This document shows, piece by piece, positions 8,959 through 17,712 of a DNA stretch of 64,000 bases. The stretch is from assembly GCA_963726255.1 (NCBI GenBank), contig CAVSBL010000002.1, positions 1,376,001-1,440,000 of the forward strand, written 5' to 3'. Both the position numbers and the translations under genes were made by a program. Source of the DNA: Candidatus Bathyarchaeota archaeon. GTDB lineage: Archaea; Thermoproteota; Bathyarchaeia; 40CM-2-53-6. Numbering within the stretch: the first letter of the stretch is position 1; each line of letters starts with the position of its first letter. The notes below the pieces were generated by a model. It saw nothing but the letters and a program-made list of their open reading frames with translations. It searched no databases and had not been told where the DNA came from.

Positions 8959-10431
8959 TCACGCCATTATTGGCTGCACCTCGGAGATTTTCGCGAACTG
9001 CTTTTCGATTTTCTCTCTGTGGAGTGTGTTCATCGTGCAGAACGGGATTATCCTACCATCAGGCACCGCGTAATGAATGCCGCAGCGCTCCACTCTCTCA
9101 AGGTCAAAATTGTATGAGTCCATGAAGTGCATGACGCCTATCATGATTACGCGGTGCATCAATCTGCCAAGCGCTTCGTAACTTCCTTCCCTTACCACTC
9201 CGCTGATCAGAGGTGCGAGCACTCTAAGCTTAAGGTGCCTGAAGCTTTCAATCATCTCTAGTCTCGCTCTTACACTCTTGCCCGCTCTGGCGAGCCTGTA
9301 AACATCATTCATAGAGTGCATGAAAGCGTCGACGTTTGCGTATCGCGTGATTGGGGTCAGTTTTCCGTCTTCGACGAAAACGAATGTTGCCATTCCACAG
9401 TGTTCATGCATTGTGAATTCGGGGTATCTACTTCCCTTCAATGCTCCAACAGCCTTCGCGAATGGAACAACCGAAGGAACAGGATAGAAATCGCTTTGCT
9501 TTATCTGCCCATTCGTCTGCTCTTCAACGAGCCTCATGAAGTCTGGGATCGTAATTCGATAGTCGCGCAATTTTCCTCGATCAATTCTGCCCGTAATAGA
9601 AACTGGCTGAACGTTAACGCATCTGACGATGTCATGGTTTCTCGCTGCAAATTCTATGATGTCGCCTAGCTGAGTATCGTTCACTCCTCTTACTAGAGTA
9701 AGGACAAGGACTACGCTGTCATGACCTGCTGCCCTAAGGTTCTGTAGGGCTTTCAGCTTGGTTGGCCACAGATCTAAACCGCGAGTTGTCTTGTAGGGTT
9801 CCCCTGTGACGCCATCAAATTGCAGGTAGAAACTCGAAACGTCAGCGTCGATGAGGCTCTTCAGATATTCGCGGTCTTTTGATATTCGTACTCCGTTGGT
9901 GTTTACTTCAACATGATGTATACCTTTCTCATGGGCATATCGGATGATATCCGGTAGGTCGTCTCGAAGTGTGGGTTCTCCGCCGCTTAATTGAAGTGCC
10001 TTTACGGATACCGGTTTGTTCGAGGCTAAGTTGTCGATCATCCCGAAGATATCTTCGAGGGTTGGTTCATAGACGTAGCCTGCGGCGGCGGCATTGGCGA
10101 AGCAGATTGGACATTTTAGGTTGCAGCGGTTGGTTACGTCGATGATTGATAGGATCGTTTGCGATTTGTGGTTGGGACATATGCCGCAATCATACGGGCA
10201 CCCGAGTACTGTCTTGGTTCTTGGGTTTGCAAGACCATCCCCCACAATCGAGTATCTCCTTACGCGATCCCATTGTTGGAAGTCGGACCAATACACGTCC
10301 TCGTAATAGCCATGGTTCAGGCATGATTTGCCCATCATGACCTTACCGTCTCTTTCGAATATCCTCGCAGAGATAACCTGATGACATTCTGGGCAAATGC
10401 TCCTAGTTTCCTTCAAGAAATTCTGTCCCAT
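8959..10431 (-). CDS. tes: Tetraether lipid synthase Tes / GDGT-MAS (MJ0619-like radical SAM)
   Basis: N-terminal SICPEC...C..HG, CPYDCGICPNH, radical SAM CNLKCPIC, HEHCG, and C-terminal CGIHYAVPDGRIIPFC. Confidence 0.85.
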   Translation of the reverse strand: MGQNFLKETRSICPECHQVISARIFERDGKVMMGKSCLNHGYYEDVYWSDFQQWDRVRRYSIVGDGLANPRTKTVLGCPYDCGICPNHKSQTILSIIDVTNRCNLKCPICFANAAAAGYVYEPTLEDIFGMIDNLASNKPVSVKALQLSGGEPTLRDDLPDIIRYAHEKGIHHVEVNTNGVRISKDREYLKSLIDADVSSFYLQFDGVTGEPYKTTRGLDLWPTKLKALQNLRAAGHDSVVLVLTLVRGVNDTQLGDIIEFAARNHDIVRCVNVQPVSITGRIDRGKLRDYRITIPDFMRLVEEQTNGQIKQSDFYPVPSVVPFAKAVGALKGSRYPEFTMHEHCGMATFVFVEDGKLTPITRYANVDAFMHSMNDVYRLARAGKSVRARLEMIESFRHLKLRVLAPLISGVVREGSYEALGRLMHRVIMIGVMHFMDSYNFDLERVERCGIHYAVPDGRIIPFCTMNTLHREKIEKQFAKISEVQPIMA

Positions 10432-10507
10432 ACTATCAAATCCTGACGGTGATCATCTCAAACATTAGCGCGTGTCAAATGGTATGATTCCGTATGAATC
10501 CGTTGCT

Positions 10508-10522
10508 AATATATATTCATAA
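10508..10522. repeat. Copy 1 of a 15-nt AT-rich box (AATATATATTCATAA)
   Basis: 14/15 identical to 10869-10883; overlaps the DUF134 stop codon and lies upstream of tes. Confidence 0.5.
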
Positions 10523-10861
10523 TTCCCTATGAGAGGACCGCGCATGAACCTGCTTGCGAGGATCGATCTTCTTAACGACGTAGTCTCCGCCTTCGATCCT
10601 GAGGGCCTTGCCATTGACGAGAGCGTCCGCGGTCTTTGTATGAGCAGAGAATAGAATTCTGTGAAGCGTCGGCTGAGATATTCCCATTTTGATGGCGGTC
10701 TCTTCCTGCTCGAGCCCTTCTAGGTCCTTAAGCCTAATAGCCTCGAGCTCATCGACCTTGAGGCGGACTTCCTCAAGCTCCGTTATGGGAATCCCTCTTG
10801 GCTTGAAGAAGGTGACGCCGGGTTCGCAGCATACCCATCGGTTTTTTGTTGGTCTTGGCAT
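10517..10861 (-). CDS. DUF134 domain putative DNA-binding protein
   Basis: MPRP...FKPRG...DELEAIRLKDLEGLEQEE.A..MGISQPT...ADALVNGKALRIEGG. Confidence 0.92.
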   Translation of the reverse strand: MPRPTKNRWVCCEPGVTFFKPRGIPITELEEVRLKVDELEAIRLKDLEGLEQEETAIKMGISQPTLHRILFSAHTKTADALVNGKALRIEGGDYVVKKIDPRKQVHARSSHREL

Positions 10862-10868
10862 AATAGGG

Positions 10869-10883
10869 AATAAATATTCATAA
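10869..10883. promoter_or_regulatory. Copy 2 of the 15-nt box (AATAAATATTCATAA), semi-palindromic, directly upstream of the DUF134 gene
   Basis: GAATA-AA-TATTC inverted core a few nt upstream of the ATG. Confidence 0.5.
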
Positions 10884-11073
10884 GCCTTTAACGGTTTCGA
10901 GTTCGCCCTATGAGGAAGGAATCAAGGAACGGGATCCCGTTACTTGGGGAGATGTTTCCGGAGATTCAGGCCCAGACAGCTTTTGGAGTGAAGCAGATAC
11001 TTGTTGTGGCGCTCTTTACTCTCTACATTGTACGTTACGAAGGTTTTAGTTGTCATGCGAGTTAGGTTCTGGT

Positions 11074-11715
11074 ATGTCACGCAAGATTGACTGTGCGGCT
11101 TGTGGCATTAACCCCTGCTCCTCAGGTAATAGCAATCAATCCTTTGATGGTTGTCCCATGAACACGGCTGAAGAGGTGCTTGAGAATGCTTCCGAGGTCT
11201 ACAAGTCAGAGTTGAGGGAGATGGCTCATGCAGCGGCTGTTGTTGAGGCGAAAGGATACATGAGGTGGACTAGGGTCGAGGACACGATTGAGTTCGCGCG
11301 AGCCATGGGTTATAGGAAGCTTGGCATAGCCTGCTGTGTTGGCTTGAAGAGGGAGGGGGCCATTCTGGAAAGCATCCTACGCAAGAATGGGTTCGAGGTG
11401 TCATCGGCCGTCTGTAAAACGGGCGGCGTCCCCAAGGAGGAACTGGGCATCAAAGATGAGGAAAAGATACGTCCAGGCGGATTTGAAGCTATGTGCAATC
11501 CCATTGCGCAAGCGATGCTCTTGGATTCAGCTGGTTCCCAGCTGAACATACTCGTCGGCTTATGCGTTGGCCACGACGCTTTATTCGCAAAGGCGTCCCA
11601 GGCTCCTGTAACAACGCTAGTAGCCAAGGACAGAGTGCTCGGCCACAACCCCGTCGCAGCCATCTACAATCATCAATCCTACTACAGGAAGAGACTGTAC
11701 GAGGACCACGCTTAG
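11074..11715 (+). CDS. DUF1847 family Cys-rich metal-binding protein
   Basis: TRVEDTIEFA, GIACCVGL, CKTGG, MCNPIAQA, GLCVGHD, KDRVLGHNP. Confidence 0.9.
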   Translation: MSRKIDCAACGINPCSSGNSNQSFDGCPMNTAEEVLENASEVYKSELREMAHAAAVVEAKGYMRWTRVEDTIEFARAMGYRKLGIACCVGLKREGAILESILRKNGFEVSSAVCKTGGVPKEELGIKDEEKIRPGGFEAMCNPIAQAMLLDSAGSQLNILVGLCVGHDALFAKASQAPVTTLVAKDRVLGHNPVAAIYNHQSYYRKRLYEDHA

Positions 11716-11726
11716 GCCTCCATCGC

Positions 11727-12890
11727 TCAGCTGAACGGTTTGCGGAGGGGTATTACCGAAACCTGAACCGTAGATGGAACCTTCTCTGCGATTTGGTTGG
11801 ATTCTTGCATCAATAGTGCCAGCGGCCGGTACAAGGCATGAACGAATTTCGTGAAAGGAGCGGTTATGAGAAGGTTGAAGACTGCTATGAGATGGACCAC
11901 GTAAGTAACATATGCAGCTAAGGGAAAGTCTGCGAGCATGAACAGGTCTAGCAGAAATCCAGTAACACCAACGAGAAGAAGCAAGAGCAAGAAAGTCCAG
12001 TCACTGAAGTGACTGTAGCTTGCATACTCTTCTTTGCCTTCGAACCGTTTGTAGATGAAGTAGACCGATCCGTACGTAAGGGCCAAGCCCGCCACTATTC
12101 CCAAGCCACGAGGTACATAGTAGGACAACTGTAGACTGTACGCGTCGATCGTGTAGTCGAGTGTTGTTGCGGCTAGCAGGCCTAGGAATCCCCAAACGAG
12201 GAGGAGGTGTGCCCAGTACCTGTTGCTGTCTGAACAGTCATGAAAGCGCTTCTGAAGGGCAACCTCGTTTACTATCACTTTGAATAGTGCCTCGAACTTC
12301 GAGGATAAACTCTTAATCCCTTTTGGGGATGACAATTCGTCCCTGCGTTGTGATACGTATCTATGCATGATTCCGAGGTTCGCGAGGGCGCTGAGGCCTA
12401 CAAAAACACCCATGAGTAGTCCTGTCCTGTCGACAGCGTCCATTGGAATGAAGGTGAACATATCGACGCTACTCAAGTCGACGGGTCCGTGGAACATCAT
12501 TATGATAGCGGCCAGAAACAAAGAGAGCGCCGCTAAACTGCCGTAGAAGGCGATCTTGCTGCTGTACATTGCGTCGGATATTCTTCCCCAGCTGTATTTC
12601 TTGATCGCATATCGCCTTGCCGCCATCATGAAAGCTCCTGGGTCGGCGCTGCGGGGGCATGTTTCTGTGCATTCGCCACAGTAGTCGCAGGACCACAGTT
12701 CAGCTGAGGAGAGAAGTTTGTCCTCCAGGCCGACCGCTGCGTACCTAATCATCTTTCTGGGGAATGCTTCGTCCTCCGTTGATAGCGGACAGACTGCTGT
12801 GCAATTGCCGCAATTGAAGCATGCGCTGATATCGAAAGCGCCAACTTTCTTTATCTTGCCCAGTAGGTTTGGGTTGACTGTTAAGGCCAG
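11727..12890 (-). CDS. QmoC/HdrE-like membrane subunit (2x[4Fe-4S] plus TM domain with His ligands)
   Basis: CFNCGNCTAVCP and CDYCGECTETCP; about 6 TM helices with WAHLL, VVHLI, KFVHALY; probable CTG start 8 nt after GGAGG (ORF track starts at 12962). Confidence 0.82.
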   Translation of the reverse strand: MALTVNPNLLGKIKKVGAFDISACFNCGNCTAVCPLSTEDEAFPRKMIRYAAVGLEDKLLSSAELWSCDYCGECTETCPRSADPGAFMMAARRYAIKKYSWGRISDAMYSSKIAFYGSLAALSLFLAAIIMMFHGPVDLSSVDMFTFIPMDAVDRTGLLMGVFVGLSALANLGIMHRYVSQRRDELSSPKGIKSLSSKFEALFKVIVNEVALQKRFHDCSDSNRYWAHLLLVWGFLGLLAATTLDYTIDAYSLQLSYYVPRGLGIVAGLALTYGSVYFIYKRFEGKEEYASYSHFSDWTFLLLLLLVGVTGFLLDLFMLADFPLAAYVTYVVHLIAVFNLLITAPFTKFVHALYRPLALLMQESNQIAEKVPSTVQVSVIPLRKPFS

Positions 12891-12891
12891 T

Positions 12892-13179
12892 TCATCTCCC
12901 TCCTTTTGCCAGCTTGTACTTCCAGTAGCCATCTTCGCTCTTCTCTGATGGTTCCAGGACATTGTAGTGTGTCAGTGTGAGCACGTAGTAGGAGGTGGTG
13001 TGCACGTCCATCTCAAGTTCCTTAGCTATCTCTGGGATGGTTTTTTTGTGTGTGGCGACAGCTTTCGTTATCTTCCCCTTGATCTTTGCCTGTTCCCTCA
13101 TCAGGCGGCGTAATTCTTCTGAGGGTGTGAGATTGTATTTTTCTCGGAGTCGCATCAACGTACTTGCCTGCAAGATCAC
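12892..13179 (-). CDS. Small winged-HTH protein inside the Hdr/Qmo-like operon
   Basis: KTIPEIAKELEMD...SYYVLTL..Y...DGYWKY; GTGA overlap with the upstream hdrA stop. Confidence 0.7.
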   Translation of the reverse strand: MILQASTLMRLREKYNLTPSEELRRLMREQAKIKGKITKAVATHKKTIPEIAKELEMDVHTTSYYVLTLTHYNVLEPSEKSEDGYWKYKLAKGGR

Positions 13180-15128
13180 TGCCTCCGTGCCATCGCCTTG
13201 ATCATGGCTTCGATCTGCTCGTTACCTAAGCCTTTCAACTCAATGGCGCCAGTCGGGCAGACAGCCACGCATGCGCCGCAGCCTGTGCATCTCGCTGCGT
13301 TTACCCAAGCCTTTTCCCCCTTGCCACTTTCGTCTTTGATTTCAATCGCGTCGTACTTGCACTCTTGTATGCAAAGTCTATTGATAGAGCAGGTTTCGGG
13401 ATTGACGTGAGCCACGAATGGTTCGAGAATAAGTTCCTTTTTCAGGGCTATGTTGGCTGCTTTGCTGGCAGCAGCCTCCGCCGAAGCTACCGTCTCGCTG
13501 ATATCTTTGGGTGCCTGAGCTGTGCCCGCAATGTAAATCCCGGCCATGGCAGTCTCGACAGGCCTCAGCTTCGGATGCATTTCTAGGAGGAATTTGTCCT
13601 TACCTTTTGATATCTTCAACATGCTGTAAAGCTGTTCGTTGCTCTTTCTCGGAACCATTCCTGTTACGAGAACGACCATGTCAACGGGCAACTCCAACTC
13701 CTCCTCGATGGGTGTCAGGAGGTCTTTGACCTTGACTACAAGCTTGCCATTGCTCTGGCGCACGGTGGGCGGAACTTCATCCGCATGTTTGAAGAAAAGC
13801 ACATTCTCTTTTGACGCTTGTTCGAAGAGCAGTTCGTTCAGTCCGTAGGTTCTGATGTCGCGATATATGTGATAGACATGGAGCCCCTTAATTTTATTCA
13901 GCAGAGAGAGTGAAACATTCATTGTAGCATTGCAGCAATACCGAGAACAATACTCGTTAACGTCTTGGTTTTCTCGCGTTGGAGTCTGTCTGCTTCCAAC
14001 ACAGTATATGAAAACGATCTCATGTACTTTATTCGGAATCCCCAACTCCATTAGCCTATGTAACTGCTGGAGCGTTACCACGTTCTTGTAAAGGCCGTAA
14101 CCAAATTCTCCAATCTTCGGTTCGTAGGGATCGAATCCCGTTGTGACAATTATGCTTCCGACCTTGATGCGGATGTTTTTCGGTTGTTCATTCAGGTCCA
14201 CCGCTTCGTTACATATCGCTTGAATCTGGCTCAAGCATTCGGGTGGGCAATGTTCTTTGTCAAGGGAGGGTATGGTGGGGTATGTTCCTTCATAGGGTGG
14301 AAGGATCGCTGCTCCGCGTTTGGTCAGCCCATAGTCGAATTCGTTTGGCACTCCTTGGACATCGGGGACTGATGCGATCCTGGGGCAGGTGGTCTTGAAG
14401 TATCGGGGTTTCGTGTTGATTTCGACTTTGAAGTTTCCGACGTATCCTTCCACAGAACTTATCTCTGAGTTGGTGTAGACGGCGATGTTCTCCTTCGATA
14501 GAACCTCCTGTACCATTTCTTTGGCGATTTCAGGCCCTGGTCGTCCCTGAGGATAGACTTGGGAGAGCTGTGGGACTCTTCCTCCTAGGAAGGGATCCTT
14601 TTCCACAAGATGCACCGCAATTCCGGCATTGGCCAAATCGACGGCGGCTCTTAGGCCTGCGACGCCTCCACCCACAACCATGACAGCCGGGGTTGATTCG
14701 GCGCTGATGCCTTCAAGAGGTTCGGACAGCCTAGAGTATGCCACGGCTGACCTAACCTGCCTTAGTGCTTTTTCGGTCGCCCCTTTCTTGTCTTCTGTGT
14801 GCGCCCACGAGGACTGTTCCCTGATGTTGACATGGTAGTAGGTGTAGGGGTTCAAGCCTGCTCTCTGGCACACATTTCTGAACGTGATCTCATGGAGCCT
14901 CGGAGAACAGGACGCTACTATCATTCTGTCAAGCTTGTTCGCTTTGACATCCTCTATCATTTCATTCTGTGAGGAATCGGAGCAGGCGAACATCACGTCC
15001 TTAGCGACGACGACATTTGCTTCTTTGGCTATTTCTTCGGTTACCTTCTTCACATCAACATAGTCTGAGATGTTTCCTCCGCAGTGGCAGACGTAGACGC
15101 CTATTCTACGCTGTTTGTCTTCGTCCAC
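13176..15128 (-). CDS. HdrA-family flavoprotein (QmoB-like, with N-terminal Cys domain and C-terminal ferredoxin)
   Basis: GVYVCHCGGN, ASCSP, GGGVAG, CVGSR...YCSRYCC, HPKLRPVET, CTGCGACVAVCP. Confidence 0.9.
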   Translation of the reverse strand: MDEDKQRRIGVYVCHCGGNISDYVDVKKVTEEIAKEANVVVAKDVMFACSDSSQNEMIEDVKANKLDRMIVASCSPRLHEITFRNVCQRAGLNPYTYYHVNIREQSSWAHTEDKKGATEKALRQVRSAVAYSRLSEPLEGISAESTPAVMVVGGGVAGLRAAVDLANAGIAVHLVEKDPFLGGRVPQLSQVYPQGRPGPEIAKEMVQEVLSKENIAVYTNSEISSVEGYVGNFKVEINTKPRYFKTTCPRIASVPDVQGVPNEFDYGLTKRGAAILPPYEGTYPTIPSLDKEHCPPECLSQIQAICNEAVDLNEQPKNIRIKVGSIIVTTGFDPYEPKIGEFGYGLYKNVVTLQQLHRLMELGIPNKVHEIVFIYCVGSRQTPTRENQDVNEYCSRYCCNATMNVSLSLLNKIKGLHVYHIYRDIRTYGLNELLFEQASKENVLFFKHADEVPPTVRQSNGKLVVKVKDLLTPIEEELELPVDMVVLVTGMVPRKSNEQLYSMLKISKGKDKFLLEMHPKLRPVETAMAGIYIAGTAQAPKDISETVASAEAAASKAANIALKKELILEPFVAHVNPETCSINRLCIQECKYDAIEIKDESGKGEKAWVNAARCTGCGACVAVCPTGAIELKGLGNEQIEAMIKAMARRQ

Positions 15129-16491
15129 TACTAGCCACCTCGATAGGGATTTTTCGCGTCGTCGTGTTCATGTAGGCTATTGAGTTCATGCAAGCGGCGC
15201 TTCCTTCGACCACTGAATCGGGTATATCTTTGGGTCCAGTTGCTGTTCCCGCAGCGAACACACCGTCAATGTTCGTTTTCATTGGGGCTACGTTCTGGTC
15301 AGGGCTCGTAACCCAGCCGACACTGTCCACCTTGAGTTGTTGGCCCTTGAAGAGATCAGGTGGACACACGTTTGGAAGCAGGCCAACGGACAGCACAGCT
15401 AAGTCATGCTCGGTCTTCGTCAGCTTTCCTCCGTTCTCAATGTCCTCATAGTGTAGTACGAGATTGCCGTTTTCTAACTGCTCTATCTTGGCAACCTTTC
15501 CTTTCACGAACCTGACGCCCATCGCCCTTGCTTGAACATAGAATTCCTCGAACCCTTTCCCATAGGCTCGGATGTCTATGTAGTAGATTGTGATGTCCGC
15601 TATGGGCAAAGCGCCCATCAAGAGCTGGGCCTGCTTTATCGAGTACATGCAACACACCTGAGAACAGTACGGGTTGCCCAGCGATGCGTCTCTTGAACCC
15701 ACACACAGAACATATGCAATGTTGGCGGGTTCCTTGCCGTCGGATGGTCTCACTATGGCGTGTGTTGGCCTTGTCGGAGCGAGGAGCCTTTCCATTTGCA
15801 TTGAGGTGATGACGTTGGGGTATTCGCTGAAATGATAATCGGTTTTGCGTTTTGCGTCGAAGAGCTGGAAACCTGTGGCCACTATGACGGACTTAGCTCT
15901 TAGCGTATGCCATTTCGGCGTCTGAAGGAAGTTGATGCTATTTGCGGGGCAGGCTCTCTCACAAGCGCCACAATACACACAATTCTCCATATCTATGACT
16001 GCAATCTTGGGTACTCCTGTCTCGAACGGAACGAAGATAGCTTTCCTTCCGACAAGCCCCAGGTCGTATTCGCTTGGGACTATCACAGGACAGGCATCTT
16101 CACACTGTCGGCATGCAGTGCATGCGGAGGCTTCCACGTATCGTGGCTTTTCAAAAATGCTAGCCTTGAATGACCCATCTTCCTCTTTTTCGACCGCCTT
16201 TACCTCAGAATAGGTCAGGATCTTGATGTACGGGTGATGGGTCGCCGCAGCCATTTTCGGCGTGGAAATGCAGCTGGCGCAGTCCATTGTGGGGAACGTT
16301 TTGCTGAGCTTGAACATGTTGCCACCTATGCTCGGCTCCTTCTCGACTATGATCACCCGTTTGCCCATATCTCCCAAATCAAGAGCGGCCTGCATTCCAG
16401 CGATTCCACCTCCAATTATGATGGCGTCGTAGCTCTCGTCGGGGAGAGTTTCGGGCTCTCCGAAACTGGGAATCTTCGGGTTTATGCTCAA
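15106..16491 (-). CDS. HdrA-family flavoprotein (QmoA-like core with inserted ferredoxin)
   Basis: GGGIAG, KTFPTMDCASC, CTACRQCEDACP, CVYCGACERACP, CVGSRD...YCSQVCC, GKGFEEFY, VKGK, GPKDIP. Confidence 0.9.
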   Translation of the reverse strand: MSINPKIPSFGEPETLPDESYDAIIIGGGIAGMQAALDLGDMGKRVIIVEKEPSIGGNMFKLSKTFPTMDCASCISTPKMAAATHHPYIKILTYSEVKAVEKEEDGSFKASIFEKPRYVEASACTACRQCEDACPVIVPSEYDLGLVGRKAIFVPFETGVPKIAVIDMENCVYCGACERACPANSINFLQTPKWHTLRAKSVIVATGFQLFDAKRKTDYHFSEYPNVITSMQMERLLAPTRPTHAIVRPSDGKEPANIAYVLCVGSRDASLGNPYCSQVCCMYSIKQAQLLMGALPIADITIYYIDIRAYGKGFEEFYVQARAMGVRFVKGKVAKIEQLENGNLVLHYEDIENGGKLTKTEHDLAVLSVGLLPNVCPPDLFKGQQLKVDSVGWVTSPDQNVAPMKTNIDGVFAAGTATGPKDIPDSVVEGSAACMNSIAYMNTTTRKIPIEVASSGRRQTA

Positions 16492-16940
16492 CTCGAAACC
16501 GCCATCCCTGTCTTTACAGGGCCTATCTTTTTCAGCGAAGTGTAGAAGTCTTTGATGCTCTTGGCGAATGATTCACCGCACACTGAGCAGACTCCTGTGA
16601 TCTTGACTCTCTCCGCTTCAATCCCGGTTTCTTTCAGCAGCTTCTGCGCAGTTTCGACTCTCTGCGCTGTCTTCGACACACACTCTTCGCCTAAGTATGG
16701 ACAGTCCGGGCCGTCAGCCGCGATGTAGACGCCTTCAAAACCGTCCTGAAGGGCGTGCACAATAAACTCTGGTCTTATCATCGATGAGCATGGGAGTCTG
16801 ATTATGCTGGTTGATGATGGGTAGTGTATGTGGGAGCTGCCCGCAAAGTCTATGCCGGGGTCTGAGATCGTAGACGTAGAAAAAATGAGGATTAGGGGCG
16901 TGTACTCCTCTTCCGAGGAGACGCGCCTTGGGGCATCCAC
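16488..16940 (-). CDS. MvhD/FlpD-like iron-sulfur subunit (atypical Cys pattern)
   Basis: DFAG..HIHYP...IIRLPCS..I.PEF...A...GFEGV...DCPY...GI..ER fits the MvhD fold. Confidence 0.8.
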   Translation of the reverse strand: MDAPRRVSSEEEYTPLILIFSTSTISDPGIDFAGSSHIHYPSSTSIIRLPCSSMIRPEFIVHALQDGFEGVYIAADGPDCPYLGEECVSKTAQRVETAQKLLKETGIEAERVKITGVCSVCGESFAKSIKDFYTSLKKIGPVKTGMAVSS

Positions 16941-17180
16941 CTACTTCTTCCTTCTGACATATATCTTCCAGTATCCGTTCTCTTCGACAGTGCCTAGGTA
17001 TTCGTGTCCCATTTTCTTTGCCCAGACTGGGATGTCGGCCTTTGTGCCCGGGTCAGATGAAATTGTTTCGAGAACCGCGCCTACTGGAACTGTGGCAATT
17101 GCTCTTTTTGTTTCGAGTAAGGGACCAGGGCAAGATGTCCCTCTTGCATCCACGACTTTATCCGCGGTGAGCTCTGACAA
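16941..17180 (-). CDS. tusA: TusA family sulfur carrier
   Basis: DARGTSCPGP...SSDPG...DIP.W. Confidence 0.92.
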   Translation of the reverse strand: MSELTADKVVDARGTSCPGPLLETKRAIATVPVGAVLETISSDPGTKADIPVWAKKMGHEYLGTVEENGYWKIYVRRKK

Positions 17181-17194
17181 GGCTTCTCGTTCCC

Positions 17195-17611
17195 CTAGAT
17201 GAAAAGCGTCACTTGGGATTCTGAGGCCTCTGTGATGTAGGTGCCGACGCCCGCTATTTCGTCCACTATTGGGTCGAGGTCATTCTTTGTTATGCCAAGT
17301 AGGTCGCAAGCAGTTGAGCAGGCCAGTATCTTCACTTTTCCCATTTCTTTCGCTTTCTTGAGCATGTCATACCAGGGTGGGGCGTTCGTTACTTTCAGTC
17401 GGTCTTTGATCATGGGAACGAGCTCTTCGAAGTCCTTGCTGAACTTCTGGTTTGTCTTTACCATATCTTTCTTGAAGCCGAGTAGTCCGTAGAATGTGAC
17501 GAATATGGTTACGTCCATGTCTGTGGCAACTGCGCCTGATGTGACTATTGCGAGGGGCATTAGCTTGTCGACTGTTCCGGAGTACATCATTATGGTCATC
17601 TTTCCTGCCAT
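17195..17611 (-). CDS. DsrE/DsrF-like (DsrE2/3-type) sulfur transferase
   Basis: SGTVDKL, IFVTFYGL, ACSTAC, GVGTY, TLFI C-terminus. Confidence 0.88.
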   Translation of the reverse strand: MAGKMTIMMYSGTVDKLMPLAIVTSGAVATDMDVTIFVTFYGLLGFKKDMVKTNQKFSKDFEELVPMIKDRLKVTNAPPWYDMLKKAKEMGKVKILACSTACDLLGITKNDLDPIVDEIAGVGTYITEASESQVTLFI

Positions 17612-17712
17612 ATTTTTCACCGTTCGGTTCATGTGGAAATCGCTATTTACGACTTCATCGTGATTCCACTCTTTGAGAATCAGACGTTCGCAATATACGC
17701 AAATTCTGATGT

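Noticed and set aside
7893-10431. Methanopterin biosynthesis pair (MJ0301-like + MJ0619-like)
   Set aside because: The MJ0619 family is now established as tetraether synthase, the genes are convergent, and no other pterin genes are present
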